From Gammaproteobacteria bacterium (GTDB lineage Bacteria > Actinomycetota > Acidimicrobiia > Acidimicrobiales > Ilumatobacteraceae), in contig JBLIMF010000001.1 in the NCBI GenBank assembly GCA_047638615.1, forward strand, positions 992 to 64,991: DNA of 64,000 nucleotides, written 5' to 3'. Both the position numbers and the translations under genes were made by a program. The notes beneath the pieces were generated by a model, which was not told where the DNA came from, ran no database searches, and was given only the letters and a program-made list of their open reading frames with translations. Each line of letters opens with the position of its first letter. The stretch's first letter is position 1. Below, one piece after another: positions 26,628-35,700 of the stretch.

Positions 26628-27395
26628 ATGCATGTCATTGTCTGTGTGAAACAGATCCCTGACCCGGCGCTGCCGGGTGAGCTGGATCCCTCGACCAACA
26701 CGCTGAAGCGAGACGGGAAGCTCATTCTTGATGAGTCGGACAGCTACGGCGTCGAGATGGCGCTCCAGCTTGTTAATACCGCTGGCGAAGGCGCTGTCAC
26801 CCTGGTCTCGATGGCCCCGAATGACGAAGTGTCCGGTCTCCGTACCGCGCTCGCCATGGGTGCCGCGAAGGCCGTCCTCGTGTCTGACCCGGCGCTCGCC
26901 GGTGCTGATGCGCTGACGACCGCCAAGATCCTGGCCGGCGCTGTCGGCAGGGCTGGCGACTACGACCTGATCATCGCAGGTACCGAGTCGTCCGACGGCT
27001 ACACCGGCACCGTCCCCGAGCAAATGGCTGAAGTCCTCGGACTTCCATCGGTCGGGTTCGCGAAAACGATCACCGTCGATGGTGGCACCGTCAAAGTCGA
27101 CCGACAGACCGAAGCCGGTTACGACGAAGTCGTGTGTTCGCTCCCCGCCGTTGTCTCGGTGACCGCCGGCGTCGTTGAGCCTCGCTACCCGAGCTTCAAG
27201 GGCATCATGGCCGCCAAGGGCAAGCCGGTCGACACTGTGACCGCCGCCGACCTCGGTATCGAAGCAGTGTCTTGGGCACAGCATATTTCATCGGTCGAAG
27301 ACGCTCCTGCCCGTGAGGCTGGCGAGGTCATCGAGGACGATGGTGAAACATTCAACAAGATCGTCGAGTTCCTCGACGGATTGAAGGTGATCTGA
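26628..27395 (+). CDS. etfB: Electron transfer flavoprotein beta subunit
   Basis: 'VCVKQIPD', 'ALAMGA', 'EPRYPSFKGIMAAK'. Confidence 0.95.
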   Translation: MHVIVCVKQIPDPALPGELDPSTNTLKRDGKLILDESDSYGVEMALQLVNTAGEGAVTLVSMAPNDEVSGLRTALAMGAAKAVLVSDPALAGADALTTAKILAGAVGRAGDYDLIIAGTESSDGYTGTVPEQMAEVLGLPSVGFAKTITVDGGTVKVDRQTEAGYDEVVCSLPAVVSVTAGVVEPRYPSFKGIMAAKGKPVDTVTAADLGIEAVSWAQHISSVEDAPAREAGEVIEDDGETFNKIVEFLDGLKVI

Positions 27396-27397
27396 TT

Positions 27398-28366
27398 ATG
27401 AGTATCAACAACATCTGGGTGTTCGCACAGGCAGACGGCGAGAACGCCAGCACTGCCACGCTCGAACTGCTCTCCAAGGCCAACACGCTCGGCGGTTCGG
27501 TGACGGCATTCGTCGTTGGCTCAGCGGGCGGTGCGGCCGCAGCGTTCGCCGACCACGGCGCCGCAAAGATCTACGAGACCGGTGACCTCGCTGGTGCACT
27601 CCCCGGCCCGGCGGTTTCGTCAGCGATGCAGGCGGTGATCTCCGGGGGCGACGTTCCCGACCTGATCATGTTCCCGCAAAATTACGAAGGCCGTGACGTC
27701 ATGGCTCGCCTGTCGGTCAAGCTTGACCGCACGGTGCTGACCAACTCGACCGATGTGTCGGTCGATGCAGACTCGGTCACTGTGCAGACGCCGATTTTCG
27801 GTGGCTCCAAGCTGGTCAATTCGACGTTCACTGGTGAGCGTCCGTTCCTCGCAGCCTTCCGTCCAAAGAGCTTCGAAGCAGCTGCTGGCGCTGGCGCCGC
27901 CGGTGAGATCGTGGCAGCTGCTGTTGGCGACCTCGGTCCAACCGGAGGCGCAACGGTGACCGCCGTGCACGTTGAAGAAACCAGTGGCCCGAAGCTCGAC
28001 GAGGCAGCTGTTGTCGTCGGTGGCGGTCGTGGTCTTGGCGAAGCCGAGAAGTTCGAAATGATCGAATCTCTCGCCAAGCTACTCAAGGGTGCGCCTGGCG
28101 CATCTCGTGCAATCGTCGATGCCGGCTGGGTTCCCTACAGCTACCAGGTTGGCCAGACTGGCAAGGTCGTCAAGCCGACCGTGTACATCGCCGCTGGCAT
28201 CTCTGGTGCCACGCAGCACATGGTGGGCATGAAGGGCTCGAAGAACATCATTGCAATCAACAAAGACAAGGAAGCTCCGATCTTCGGTGTTGCTGACCTC
28301 GGCATTGTTGGCGACGTCCACAAGGTCCTCCCGCAGCTGATCGCTGCCCTCGAAGCCCGAGGCTGA
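27398..28366 (+). CDS. etfA: Electron transfer flavoprotein alpha subunit
   Basis: 'GGGRG', '[11 protein letters not shown]', 'QVGQTGK', 'GISGATQH', 'AINKD..APIF'. Confidence 0.95.
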   Translation: MSINNIWVFAQADGENASTATLELLSKANTLGGSVTAFVVGSAGGAAAAFADHGAAKIYETGDLAGALPGPAVSSAMQAVISGGDVPDLIMFPQNYEGRDVMARLSVKLDRTVLTNSTDVSVDADSVTVQTPIFGGSKLVNSTFTGERPFLAAFRPKSFEAAAGAGAAGEIVAAAVGDLGPTGGATVTAVHVEETSGPKLDEAAVVVGGGRGLGEAEKFEMIESLAKLLKGAPGASRAIVDAGWVPYSYQVGQTGKVVKPTVYIAAGISGATQHMVGMKGSKNIIAINKDKEAPIFGVADLGIVGDVHKVLPQLIAALEARG

Positions 28367-28396
28367 TCACCCGTCTGCGAATGAAATCGAATTGAG

Positions 28397-28435
28397 GAGC
28401 CGGACTCGTTCTGCGGGTTCGGCTCTTTGCTTTTT
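28397..28435 (+). terminator. Rho-independent terminator after etfA
   Basis: GAGCCGGACTCG/CGGGTTCGGCTC stem (with G-U pairs) followed by TTTGCTTTTT. Confidence 0.75.
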
Positions 28436-28464
28436 CCCATTGGTTCTCTCCTAAACTTCTCCCC

Positions 28465-28779
28465 ATGTCTGCTCTCATGGTTTGGATCGATCAGGACCTC
28501 TGCACTGGCGACGGAATTTGTTCAGAGATCTGCCCTGACGTCTTCCAAGCTCGTGATGACGGTCTGTGGATCGTGAAAGAAGAGGCATCGCATTTCGGTG
28601 CAACGATCCTGTTCGACGGTGGCGAAGGCGCAGGCCACGGCCCCGACATGGGGAACGGCGTTGCACGTGTTCCAGACTCGCTGATCGACTCAGCTGCTGA
28701 TGCAGCCGAAGAGTGCCCCGGTGAGTGCATCATGATCGAGGTCACCGACCCCGCCGTGATCAGCGCCCGCGGCGTCTGA
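28465..28779 (+). CDS. Ferredoxin (single cluster, CxxDxxC...CP)
   Basis: '[20 protein letters not shown]' and 'EECPGECI'. ATG lies 7 nt after TAAACT. Confidence 0.88.
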   Translation: MSALMVWIDQDLCTGDGICSEICPDVFQARDDGLWIVKEEASHFGATILFDGGEGAGHGPDMGNGVARVPDSLIDSAADAAEECPGECIMIEVTDPAVISARGV

Positions 28780-28790
28780 GGACCGACTGG

Positions 28791-29798
28791 CTACACGGCG
28801 TCTCGGGCGCTGATTGCCCAGGCGACACCTTCGACAGGGTCTTCGATCGCCAGCTGGAGTATCCAGCCGATTGACGGTTCGAATGCGTCCCAGCGGAACC
28901 ATTCCAGTTCGTTGATGATCTGACCGATTTCGTCAGGGTTGACTGGCCAGTCGTCGAGCAGGTCGCCGATTGCACCGACGACCCACCAGGCACCGAATCG
29001 GCCGCTCGATGCACCTCGCCGTCGCCCGTGGGCTCCACCGCTTGCGCCGGCCCAAGCCAGCCAAGCAAGTGCCTCCGCTGGTTCAAGTGGAGCGACTCGG
29101 GCGCGGCGGACCCCAAGCGCACCGATGGCTGCTCCGATGTCGCCTTGCACACAGACGACCTCGGCGCGCCCATTCGAGCCGCTGGTCCACGGTTCGAGGA
29201 GTTGACGGACGGCCAGTTCGACCTCGTCATCGAGGCGTTCAGCATCTCCAGACGTCTCGATCTCTTCCCAAGCATCGGAGAGGTCGGGGGCTGGAAACTC
29301 GGCGCCGTTGTCGGAATAAGTGGCGACCTCGTACCGCGGTTCCCAGCCTTGTACTTCGGTCGGAATGTCGAGCACAGGAGCGAGCTCGGGATCGTTGACA
29401 ATCTCGCCACGTATTGCCCGCTCATGGGCGACGAAGGCAGCGTGTGGGCCGCGGCCGACTTCACCTTCGAGATCAACCCAGGTGTGGTGCTGTGCGGCAA
29501 CCTCGGTCAGCGGGCCGGTGGTGAAGCGTCCGGCCAGTCCATCAGCCTCGTCAAGGACGATGCCAACGAACGGTGGCGGTGCGAGCAGCGCGAGCCGGTA
29601 TTCGGCAAGTGTTGCCGCTGGCCAAAGTTGGCGACCGGTTTTGACGGCTGACCGAGAACGATCACGCACACGGAGTAGGCCGTCCCAGTCGTGCGACGAG
29701 CAACGGTTGTCGATCATCCGCACCAGCCCGTCGAGGTCGGCCGCATGGATCAGATCTTGCAGATCTTCATCGGGCTCGAAGTGCGGCTCGTCGGACAT
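28791..29798 (-). CDS. Hypothetical protein
   Basis: Long ORF with protein-like composition, GGAGG before ATG 29798, co-directional with the SCO1664 operon. No function recognised. Confidence 0.75.
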   Translation of the reverse strand: MSDEPHFEPDEDLQDLIHAADLDGLVRMIDNRCSSHDWDGLLRVRDRSRSAVKTGRQLWPAATLAEYRLALLAPPPFVGIVLDEADGLAGRFTTGPLTEVAAQHHTWVDLEGEVGRGPHAAFVAHERAIRGEIVNDPELAPVLDIPTEVQGWEPRYEVATYSDNGAEFPAPDLSDAWEEIETSGDAERLDDEVELAVRQLLEPWTSGSNGRAEVVCVQGDIGAAIGALGVRRARVAPLEPAEALAWLAWAGASGGAHGRRRGASSGRFGAWWVVGAIGDLLDDWPVNPDEIGQIINELEWFRWDAFEPSIGWILQLAIEDPVEGVAWAISARDAV

Positions 29799-29854
29799 AT
29801 CCGCATCCTCCCACGAAAGAGTCCGGGGGGATGCGGACACGGCAGAGAGTCTAT

Positions 29855-30697
29855 TTAGACGAGGGGCCAGGGGTAGCGCCGACCGGTCGGATCGGTGGGG
29901 AACCGTCGATGTTTGACGCACCAGGTAGCCCGGCCCTGGATTGCTTCGACTTCCTCGTCACTGAGCAATGCCGCGATGTCAAGCGGGACTCGATCGACGA
30001 GTTTGTTGACCTTGTCGAGCATCGGCTCGGGGATTGCTTCGTCAGCGAAATCCCAGATAACAGTGCGGAGCTTGTACTCGGCAGCGAAGCACAGACCGTG
30101 GTCGATGCCCCAGATTTCAGCGGGCAGATCGGTGCCGTCGTCGAGCGTCTTCTCGGGGACGATGATGCAGTGGCCGCTTTTACGATCGGTGTTGTTACAA
30201 ATAATGTCGAGCAGTGCCATCGCCCGGAATTGATCGTCGAGGTCCTGTCGCACTTCTCGAATCGTGAAGTAGTGCTCGGCGAAGTCGCCAGCGACGAACC
30301 ACTGCACCGACCCCTCGCCCACCGGGCCATCACGCAGCACCGTCGGCGGGATGACTCCGAGGCCGAGTGCCTCACTCATGCGATACGTCGCTACCTCGCG
30401 TCGGTGGAGGCCGGGCTCGAAGTCCCAAAGGGGCCGCTCGCCCCGCATCGGCTTGTAGATCGCCGGATGCGACTTGCCTTCGTGGACCACGTGCACGAGG
30501 AAGGTGGCGTTACTGCTGTACGGCATCCGCCCTTCGATCTCGATATCGCCGTGAAGCAGGTGTGCGATCGGGTCGTCAACCGAATCGATGCGGAGTTCGA
30601 CACCGCGGTCTTCTGGTTCCTGTTCGGCCGAATCGGACTTGTCGTCCCAGCCATCGTCAGGCTCGACTTCGTCGAGAGCCATGTCGTCGTCTGACAT
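29855..30697 (-). CDS. SCO1664-family PI3/PI4-kinase-like protein
   Basis: 'SSNATF', 'IYKP..GERPLWDF', 'REVA', 'NNTDRKSGH', 'IDHGLCF'. Confidence 0.88.
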   Translation of the reverse strand: MSDDDMALDEVEPDDGWDDKSDSAEQEPEDRGVELRIDSVDDPIAHLLHGDIEIEGRMPYSSNATFLVHVVHEGKSHPAIYKPMRGERPLWDFEPGLHRREVATYRMSEALGLGVIPPTVLRDGPVGEGSVQWFVAGDFAEHYFTIREVRQDLDDQFRAMALLDIICNNTDRKSGHCIIVPEKTLDDGTDLPAEIWGIDHGLCFAAEYKLRTVIWDFADEAIPEPMLDKVNKLVDRVPLDIAALLSDEEVEAIQGRATWCVKHRRFPTDPTGRRYPWPLV

Positions 30698-30702
30698 GCG
30701 GA

Positions 30703-31206
30703 TCAGTTCATGCGTGGGCAGGCGTGGCCGTCAGGATCGATCGGCTGCGTGCACCACTGGCAGTCAGGGCGACCCGATTCGACGAGGCGATCGGCATGAT
30801 CGCAGAATGCGGCTGCTTGGCCACGGCTGACGTAGAGGCGGACGTGGCCACGGTCGTCGTCGACCAACTCACCGTCTTCGTCGACTTCGCCGGCCTCTTC
30901 GAGCTGAATAAGGAGCTTGTCGCTCGCCCGATCGTAGCCGAGTCCGATCGGGCCAAGCACGAACGTCGCATCGACGGGCTCTGCGAGTTCGAGGGCACCG
31001 GGCATCGGCCGGTCTTCGGGCGGTGGCAGATCACTCAGCACCTTGCGAAGGTACTGGACGATCGCAGCGGTCTGCTGCTTCTCGCACTTGACCGTGACGC
31101 GCTGGCCCTCAGACCGAACCTGCATGAAGAAAGTCCGGTTGCCGGGTACGCCAACGGTGCCGGTCGTAAACGCATCGACGTCGTCAAATTCGTAGAAAAC
31201 GCTCAT
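30703..31206 (-). CDS. DUF3090 family protein
   Basis: 'GTVGVPGNRTFFMQ', 'EKQQ', 'GRPDCQWC..PIDPDGHACPRMN'. Start overlaps the upstream stop codon. Confidence 0.88.
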   Translation of the reverse strand: MSVFYEFDDVDAFTTGTVGVPGNRTFFMQVRSEGQRVTVKCEKQQTAAIVQYLRKVLSDLPPPEDRPMPGALELAEPVDATFVLGPIGLGYDRASDKLLIQLEEAGEVDEDGELVDDDRGHVRLYVSRGQAAAFCDHADRLVESGRPDCQWCTQPIDPDGHACPRMN

Positions 31207-31946
31207 GCAGGCTTCAACTCGGTCAGCGGCCGACCGGTCGAATTGACTGCGAGCACGATTGGCCCACCTGCGTGCCAGGTGACAGCAGTGACCGACGCCG
31301 GACTGATCACGATGCGCTGGAATAGATCGATGTGCGTGCCCATGGCGTGTGCAACGGCTGCCTTGATCGTGTCGGCATGGCTGACGCAGACGATCGTTCC
31401 GCCGGGGTGCAGTTTGCGGAGCTTGTCGAGCGCTCCAACCATTCGGGTCTGCATTTCGGTAAAGCTCTCGCCGTTGGGGAATCGGAACGTCGACGGTGCT
31501 CGTTGCACGGTCTGCCACTCTGGCAGCTTCATCAAATCCTTGAGCGCTTTGCCCGTCCAATCGCCGAAGTCGCATTCGAAGAGGCCGCGTTCGATCTGTG
31601 TCTTCAGGCCGCAGGCGGCTGAGATCGGAGCAGCGGTTTCTTTTGCCCGCTCGAGCGGTGAGCTGTACACGGCGTCGATCTTCAGTTCGGCGAGACGGAG
31701 CGCAGCGATGTTGGCCTGCTCGTGGCCGAGGTCGGCGAGGTGTAGGCCCTTGGCGCGACCCGGTAGGACCTTGCCCGTTGTCGGTGTCTGGCCATGACGA
31801 ACCATCAGAACTGTCGTCGGCTTCGGGTCCTGGCTGGCAGCGCGCTTCTTTGGAGCAGCCTTGGTCCGACTTGCCGTCTGTGTCGCCACTTGCTTGGCGG
31901 CACGCTTCGGTGCTGCTGATTTCTTGGTGCCAGTCGTTGTCGCCAT
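31203..31946 (-). CDS. MSMEG_4193-family putative phosphomutase (histidine phosphatase)
   Basis: 'VRHGQT', 'SSPLERAKETA', 'ECDFGDWTG', 'VSHAD', 'DLFQRI'. Confidence 0.88.
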   Translation of the reverse strand: MATTTGTKKSAAPKRAAKQVATQTASRTKAAPKKRAASQDPKPTTVLMVRHGQTPTTGKVLPGRAKGLHLADLGHEQANIAALRLAELKIDAVYSSPLERAKETAAPISAACGLKTQIERGLFECDFGDWTGKALKDLMKLPEWQTVQRAPSTFRFPNGESFTEMQTRMVGALDKLRKLHPGGTIVCVSHADTIKAAVAHAMGTHIDLFQRIVISPASVTAVTWHAGGPIVLAVNSTGRPLTELKPA

Positions 31947-31974
31947 GAGTAACACCAACCTACTGTCGGTTGCA

Positions 31975-32691
31975 ATGCCGACGCCCGCCCAGCGCAGAAA
32001 GTCACTGAAGGTTCTGACCCGAGAGATCCATGCGTGTCAGGCCTGTCCGCGTCTAGTCGAATGGCGCGGGCAGGTCGCCATCGAGAAACGCGCGGCGTAC
32101 CGCGATGACGACTACTGGGGTAAGGCGATCTCCGGGTTCGGCGACCCGGCCGCACAGATCGTGATCCTCGGCCTCGCACCAGCCGCCCACGGAGCCAACC
32201 GAACCGGACGGATGTTTACGGGTGACCGGAGCGGAGATTGGCTGTTCCGCTCGATGCACACCGCTGGCTTGGCCAACCAGGCCGAGTCCACATCTCGCGC
32301 CGACGGATTGACGCTCACCAACGCCTGGGTCACGTCAGCGGTCAAGTGCGCACCTCCCTTGAACAAGCCCTCGACGACCGAACGCGACGAGTGCCGGCCG
32401 TTTCTGGTGCGCGAACTGCAAGCTCTGTCTGCTGCAAGTGTCGTGATCTGTCTCGGCACGTTCGGGTACAACTCAGCGATGAACTTTTTTGGCGTTCGCC
32501 CGAAACCGAAGTTCGGTCACGGAGTCGAAGTGCCCGTCACCTCGTCCGATGGCCGTGAGCTCACGGTCATCTGCAGCTATCACGTCAGCCAGCAGAATAC
32601 GTTCACGAAGCGACTGACCGAACCGATGCTCGACGCGATCTTCACCCGCGCGAACAAACTCGCCGGTCAGACTGCGTCAGGCACAGTGTGA
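31975..32691 (+). CDS. udgB: Uracil-DNA glycosylase family 5 (UdgB-like, 4Fe-4S)
   Basis: 'CQACPRL', 'GLAPAAHGANRTGRMFTGD', 'CAPP.NKP', 'YHVSQQN'. Confidence 0.9.
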   Translation: MPTPAQRRKSLKVLTREIHACQACPRLVEWRGQVAIEKRAAYRDDDYWGKAISGFGDPAAQIVILGLAPAAHGANRTGRMFTGDRSGDWLFRSMHTAGLANQAESTSRADGLTLTNAWVTSAVKCAPPLNKPSTTERDECRPFLVRELQALSAASVVICLGTFGYNSAMNFFGVRPKPKFGHGVEVPVTSSDGRELTVICSYHVSQQNTFTKRLTEPMLDAIFTRANKLAGQTASGTV

Positions 32692-32700
32692 CCGGCTGAC

Positions 32701-33615
32701 TCAAGAACCGAGCGCGGCGACGAGCGCCTGCGCTGACAACGCGTGTGCGAGTCGAGCATCGCCGAGTTGATCGGGGAGTGAATAAAAGGCGTGAATCTGA
32801 CCCGAGAAGTGCACATGGCTCACCACAACCCCGACCGATGACAGTCGATCGGCGTATGCGATGCCCTCGTCTCGAAGCGGGTCGAAGCCGGCGGTGATGA
32901 CCAGCGCTGGCGGGCCAGCGGCCAGTACCTCGTCGGATACCAGCAGCGGCGAGACACGTGGATCGTGAGGCGTCCCCTCTCCACCCGACAAGTAATGGTC
33001 GGTGAACCACTGCATCGAATTTTTGGTCAGGAAATAGCCCTCACCGTTCTCGTTGTAAGAGTCCGTGTTCATCCGAACGTCGACCACCGGGTAAATCAAA
33101 AGCTGGAAGCCGAGTGGCACTGTGGTCTCGTGGCAAACGACGGCGGCGATGTTGGCACCCGCCGAGTCGCCGCCGATGGCGATGCGTGTCGGGTCGATGC
33201 CGAGCTCGCGGGCGTGCTCAAAGGCCCACAGCGTTGCGGCACTGCAGTCGTCAAGTCCTGCGGGGAAAGGATCTTCGGGTGCCAGTCGGTAGTCGACGCT
33301 GAGCACGGTTAACCCGCTGCGGTTGGCCAACGATCGACAAACGTTGTCGTGGCTGTCGAGATCGCCGATCACCCAGCCGCCACCGTGGATGAACACGAGT
33401 AGCCCTGGCGTCGTTCCGGTCGGTTTCGCCCGATAGAGACGCGTAGGGATACCGCCAGCGTTGATCTCGAGAATTTCGTGACATTGCTCGGTCGGCTCTG
33501 CCGCCAGTGCTTTGCGGGTGGCCCGCGCTTCGGCTGGAGGCTGCGAATCGAGTGGCGGCGCACCGATTGCCTCCATCATGTCGAGGAGCGTGCGAGCCTC
33601 GTGGTGGAGCGGCAT
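32701..33615 (-). CDS. Alpha/beta hydrolase, HSL-type esterase/lipase
   Basis: 'HGGGW', 'DYRLAPE', 'GDSAG', 'DPLRDEG', 'HAF'. Confidence 0.92.
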   Translation of the reverse strand: MPLHHEARTLLDMMEAIGAPPLDSQPPAEARATRKALAAEPTEQCHEILEINAGGIPTRLYRAKPTGTTPGLLVFIHGGGWVIGDLDSHDNVCRSLANRSGLTVLSVDYRLAPEDPFPAGLDDCSAATLWAFEHARELGIDPTRIAIGGDSAGANIAAVVCHETTVPLGFQLLIYPVVDVRMNTDSYNENGEGYFLTKNSMQWFTDHYLSGGEGTPHDPRVSPLLVSDEVLAAGPPALVITAGFDPLRDEGIAYADRLSSVGVVVSHVHFSGQIHAFYSLPDQLGDARLAHALSAQALVAALGS

Positions 33616-33646
33616 CCCCACATCGTGCCAGTAGCCTTTCGCCTCT

Positions 33647-33958
33647 GTGAACTCGAAGCGCCAGCCCCGCCATACTGCGACCACCCGTCGCCTGCGAGTT
33701 GTCGGCGTCGCTGTCGTCGCCGTGCTCGGTCTGAGTGCTTGCAACTCCGACCCGGGCAACCGACGCGTCGCTGAAGACATCGTCGACACGGCGCTCATCG
33801 AGGGCCTGATTACGCAGCGAGTGCGTGATTGCTTGTTCGACAAGCTCGAGGCCTACTCTGACGCCGATTACGAAGCAATCACCGAGGCAGCAACCGATGC
33901 TGGCCCGGGCACGGCGCTCGACCTCTTCGAGGCCGATCTCGCCGAATGCAACAACTGA
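33647..33958 (+). CDS. Small putative lipoprotein
   Basis: Basic N-region, hydrophobic core and lipobox 'LSAC', followed by an acidic mature domain with two further Cys. Confidence 0.65.
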   Translation: MNSKRQPRHTATTRRLRVVGVAVVAVLGLSACNSDPGNRRVAEDIVDTALIEGLITQRVRDCLFDKLEAYSDADYEAITEAATDAGPGTALDLFEADLAECNN

Positions 33959-34005
33959 GCAACGTCCTGAACAACGGCGTGGCGTCAAGCGCCACGCCGT
34001 CCTGA

Positions 34006-35277
34006 TCATTCTTTCTTTGGTTCTGGCACCGGCTCAGCTTTCGCTTCGGCGGCCTTCGACTCGTCAGGTTTCGCATCTGCTGTCGGTGCTGTTTGCACAG
34101 CTGCAGCTTTCTTTTTGGGCGGCGGTACACCGACGGCCGGGGCAGCGTCAGCGCCTTGCGGCCAACGGCGTCGGCTGACGATCGACAGTAGTCGCAGCAG
34201 ACGCATTGCGGTTTCGTCGGTCTGGGCGGGCTTCGCAAGGATCGAGCCGTCAGCGATCATCCGCTCGATGACCTCCTCACCGAGTTCGGTACGCACGATC
34301 GTGAGCGTCCAGTCGTTGTCTTCGCCAATACCGCCAGTGGCGACGTCAGAATGTTCGGCAGCAAAGTCGGGGCAGGTCTTGCAGCCTTCACGAGTCCAAG
34401 CGTGGCATTCCTTCAGGTTGATCTCGTGGTACGAGCCATCTTTCATCCAAATTTGGAAGGCGCCCTTGATGTTCATCTTCACCATGTCTTGCTTCTTCAG
34501 GCCGTACTTGGCCTCGAAGAGCTCTTCGAAGATGGCGTCATCGAACGTCTTGGAGCAGAGCAGGCCAATGTTGAAGAGGAACGGCTTACTGACTTTGCCG
34601 GCCTTGCGATCCCACATCACTGGCGGTGATGAGGTCTGGCAACCCATGCCGACGAGGGCGAGCCGCTTGAACCCCTTTTCTTGAGCTTCGCGGAGCGCCA
34701 GCGGATTGGCGCAGTACGTGTAGCGCGAGCCCGCAGTGGCGAGGATTTCTTCGGGTGACGAGACGACGGCCGGCTTGGCCTTCCACGCATCGTCTTCTTC
34801 GACGCCAGACACGAGAGCGGCGTCGATGTAATCGTGTTCTCGCAGCCAGATCAGCATCGCCGACACGAGGCCGCCGTCTTGGCCCATCTTGTTGACCATG
34901 TCGTCACTCGCACGAGTGAGGTACAGCTGACGCCAAATGCCTGCCATCTCATCGGGTTCGCGGACACGCCCGAACAGGTGCATGTCGGCAGCGGGCTCCC
35001 AGGCGCGGAAGCGAGGGCATGCACGGGTGCAAGTGGTGCAGCCTTTCTCGCCGTGAATGCAGTTGTCGAGTCCCAACTCTTCTTCGAGATGGAACGGGAT
35101 GTACTTGCCCTCTTCGTGCTCGTATCCGATGACATCGTGGGGACAGGTGACAACGCAGCCGGCACACCCGGTGCACAAGTTGTTGGTGATGACTTCGCTG
35201 TACAGCTCCTTCCACTGCGCTGTCCAGCGTTCCTTCTTCGGTGCAGCGTCGGCGGCTGGCGTCTCGATTGTCGTCAT
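34006..35277 (-). CDS. Coenzyme F420 hydrogenase/dehydrogenase beta subunit (FrhB/FdhB family) with N-terminal 2x[4Fe-4S]
   Basis: 'CTGCAGCVVTCP', 'CTTCTRACP', 'QDGGLVS', 'AGSRY', 'VGMGCQ', 'IGLLC', 'CKTCPDF'. ATG lies 7 nt after TACAGT. Confidence 0.88.
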   Translation of the reverse strand: MTTIETPAADAAPKKERWTAQWKELYSEVITNNLCTGCAGCVVTCPHDVIGYEHEEGKYIPFHLEEELGLDNCIHGEKGCTTCTRACPRFRAWEPAADMHLFGRVREPDEMAGIWRQLYLTRASDDMVNKMGQDGGLVSAMLIWLREHDYIDAALVSGVEEDDAWKAKPAVVSSPEEILATAGSRYTYCANPLALREAQEKGFKRLALVGMGCQTSSPPVMWDRKAGKVSKPFLFNIGLLCSKTFDDAIFEELFEAKYGLKKQDMVKMNIKGAFQIWMKDGSYHEINLKECHAWTREGCKTCPDFAAEHSDVATGGIGEDNDWTLTIVRTELGEEVIERMIADGSILAKPAQTDETAMRLLRLLSIVSRRRWPQGADAAPAVGVPPPKKKAAAVQTAPTADAKPDESKAAEAKAEPVPEPKKE

Positions 35278-35379
35278 GCAGGGGACTGTACGCCGCGTGA
35301 CCACGGCAACATCAACCCGCCTGCAACCGAATCCGTCGTTGCTCGGGTCAGACGATCTGTCTGATGTCGGCGGGGCCGA

Positions 35380-35558
35380 GATGCTGGCACTGAGCGCTTG
35401 ACGTACCGTGGCGATTGTGCCGTGCCCGGGACTTCACTTCGCCCGACCAAGCGGCCCGCGCTTTCGCCCGATCGGGCGGGTCCACCTGCTTGGGCACTCT
35501 CAATGTCGACCCCTTCCCCGCTATGACTGCCGGCTTGCCAAGAACCACCGGCTGCATC
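35380..35558 (-). ncRNA. Candidate structured non-coding RNA (family unassigned)
   Basis: Nested complementary segments in a ~420-bp intergenic gap. G-U asymmetry and a GAAA tetraloop favour the minus strand. Confidence 0.35.
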
Positions 35559-35700
35559 ACTGTCGGAACGAGAGCTATTGGCTGGGGGTGACAATCGACA
35601 CCGGCGATCGGCTGGCACGGACCCTGGCGGCGGATCGCTCAGTGGTGCCGTTGAGCAGACGGCACGGTCTCTCGGCTGAGCTGTGTAATCTTGTGGGCCG

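Noticed and set aside
35380-35558. Assignment to RNase P, tmRNA, SRP, raiA motif, cobalamin or SAM riboswitch
   Set aside because: Only short incidental matches were found, and the diagnostic conserved blocks are not present in the right order.
35348-35560. 70-aa minus-strand ORF MMQPVVLGK...
   Set aside because: No RBS, clear promoter spacing or recognisable domain. The region is better explained as structured RNA, though coding is not formally excluded.
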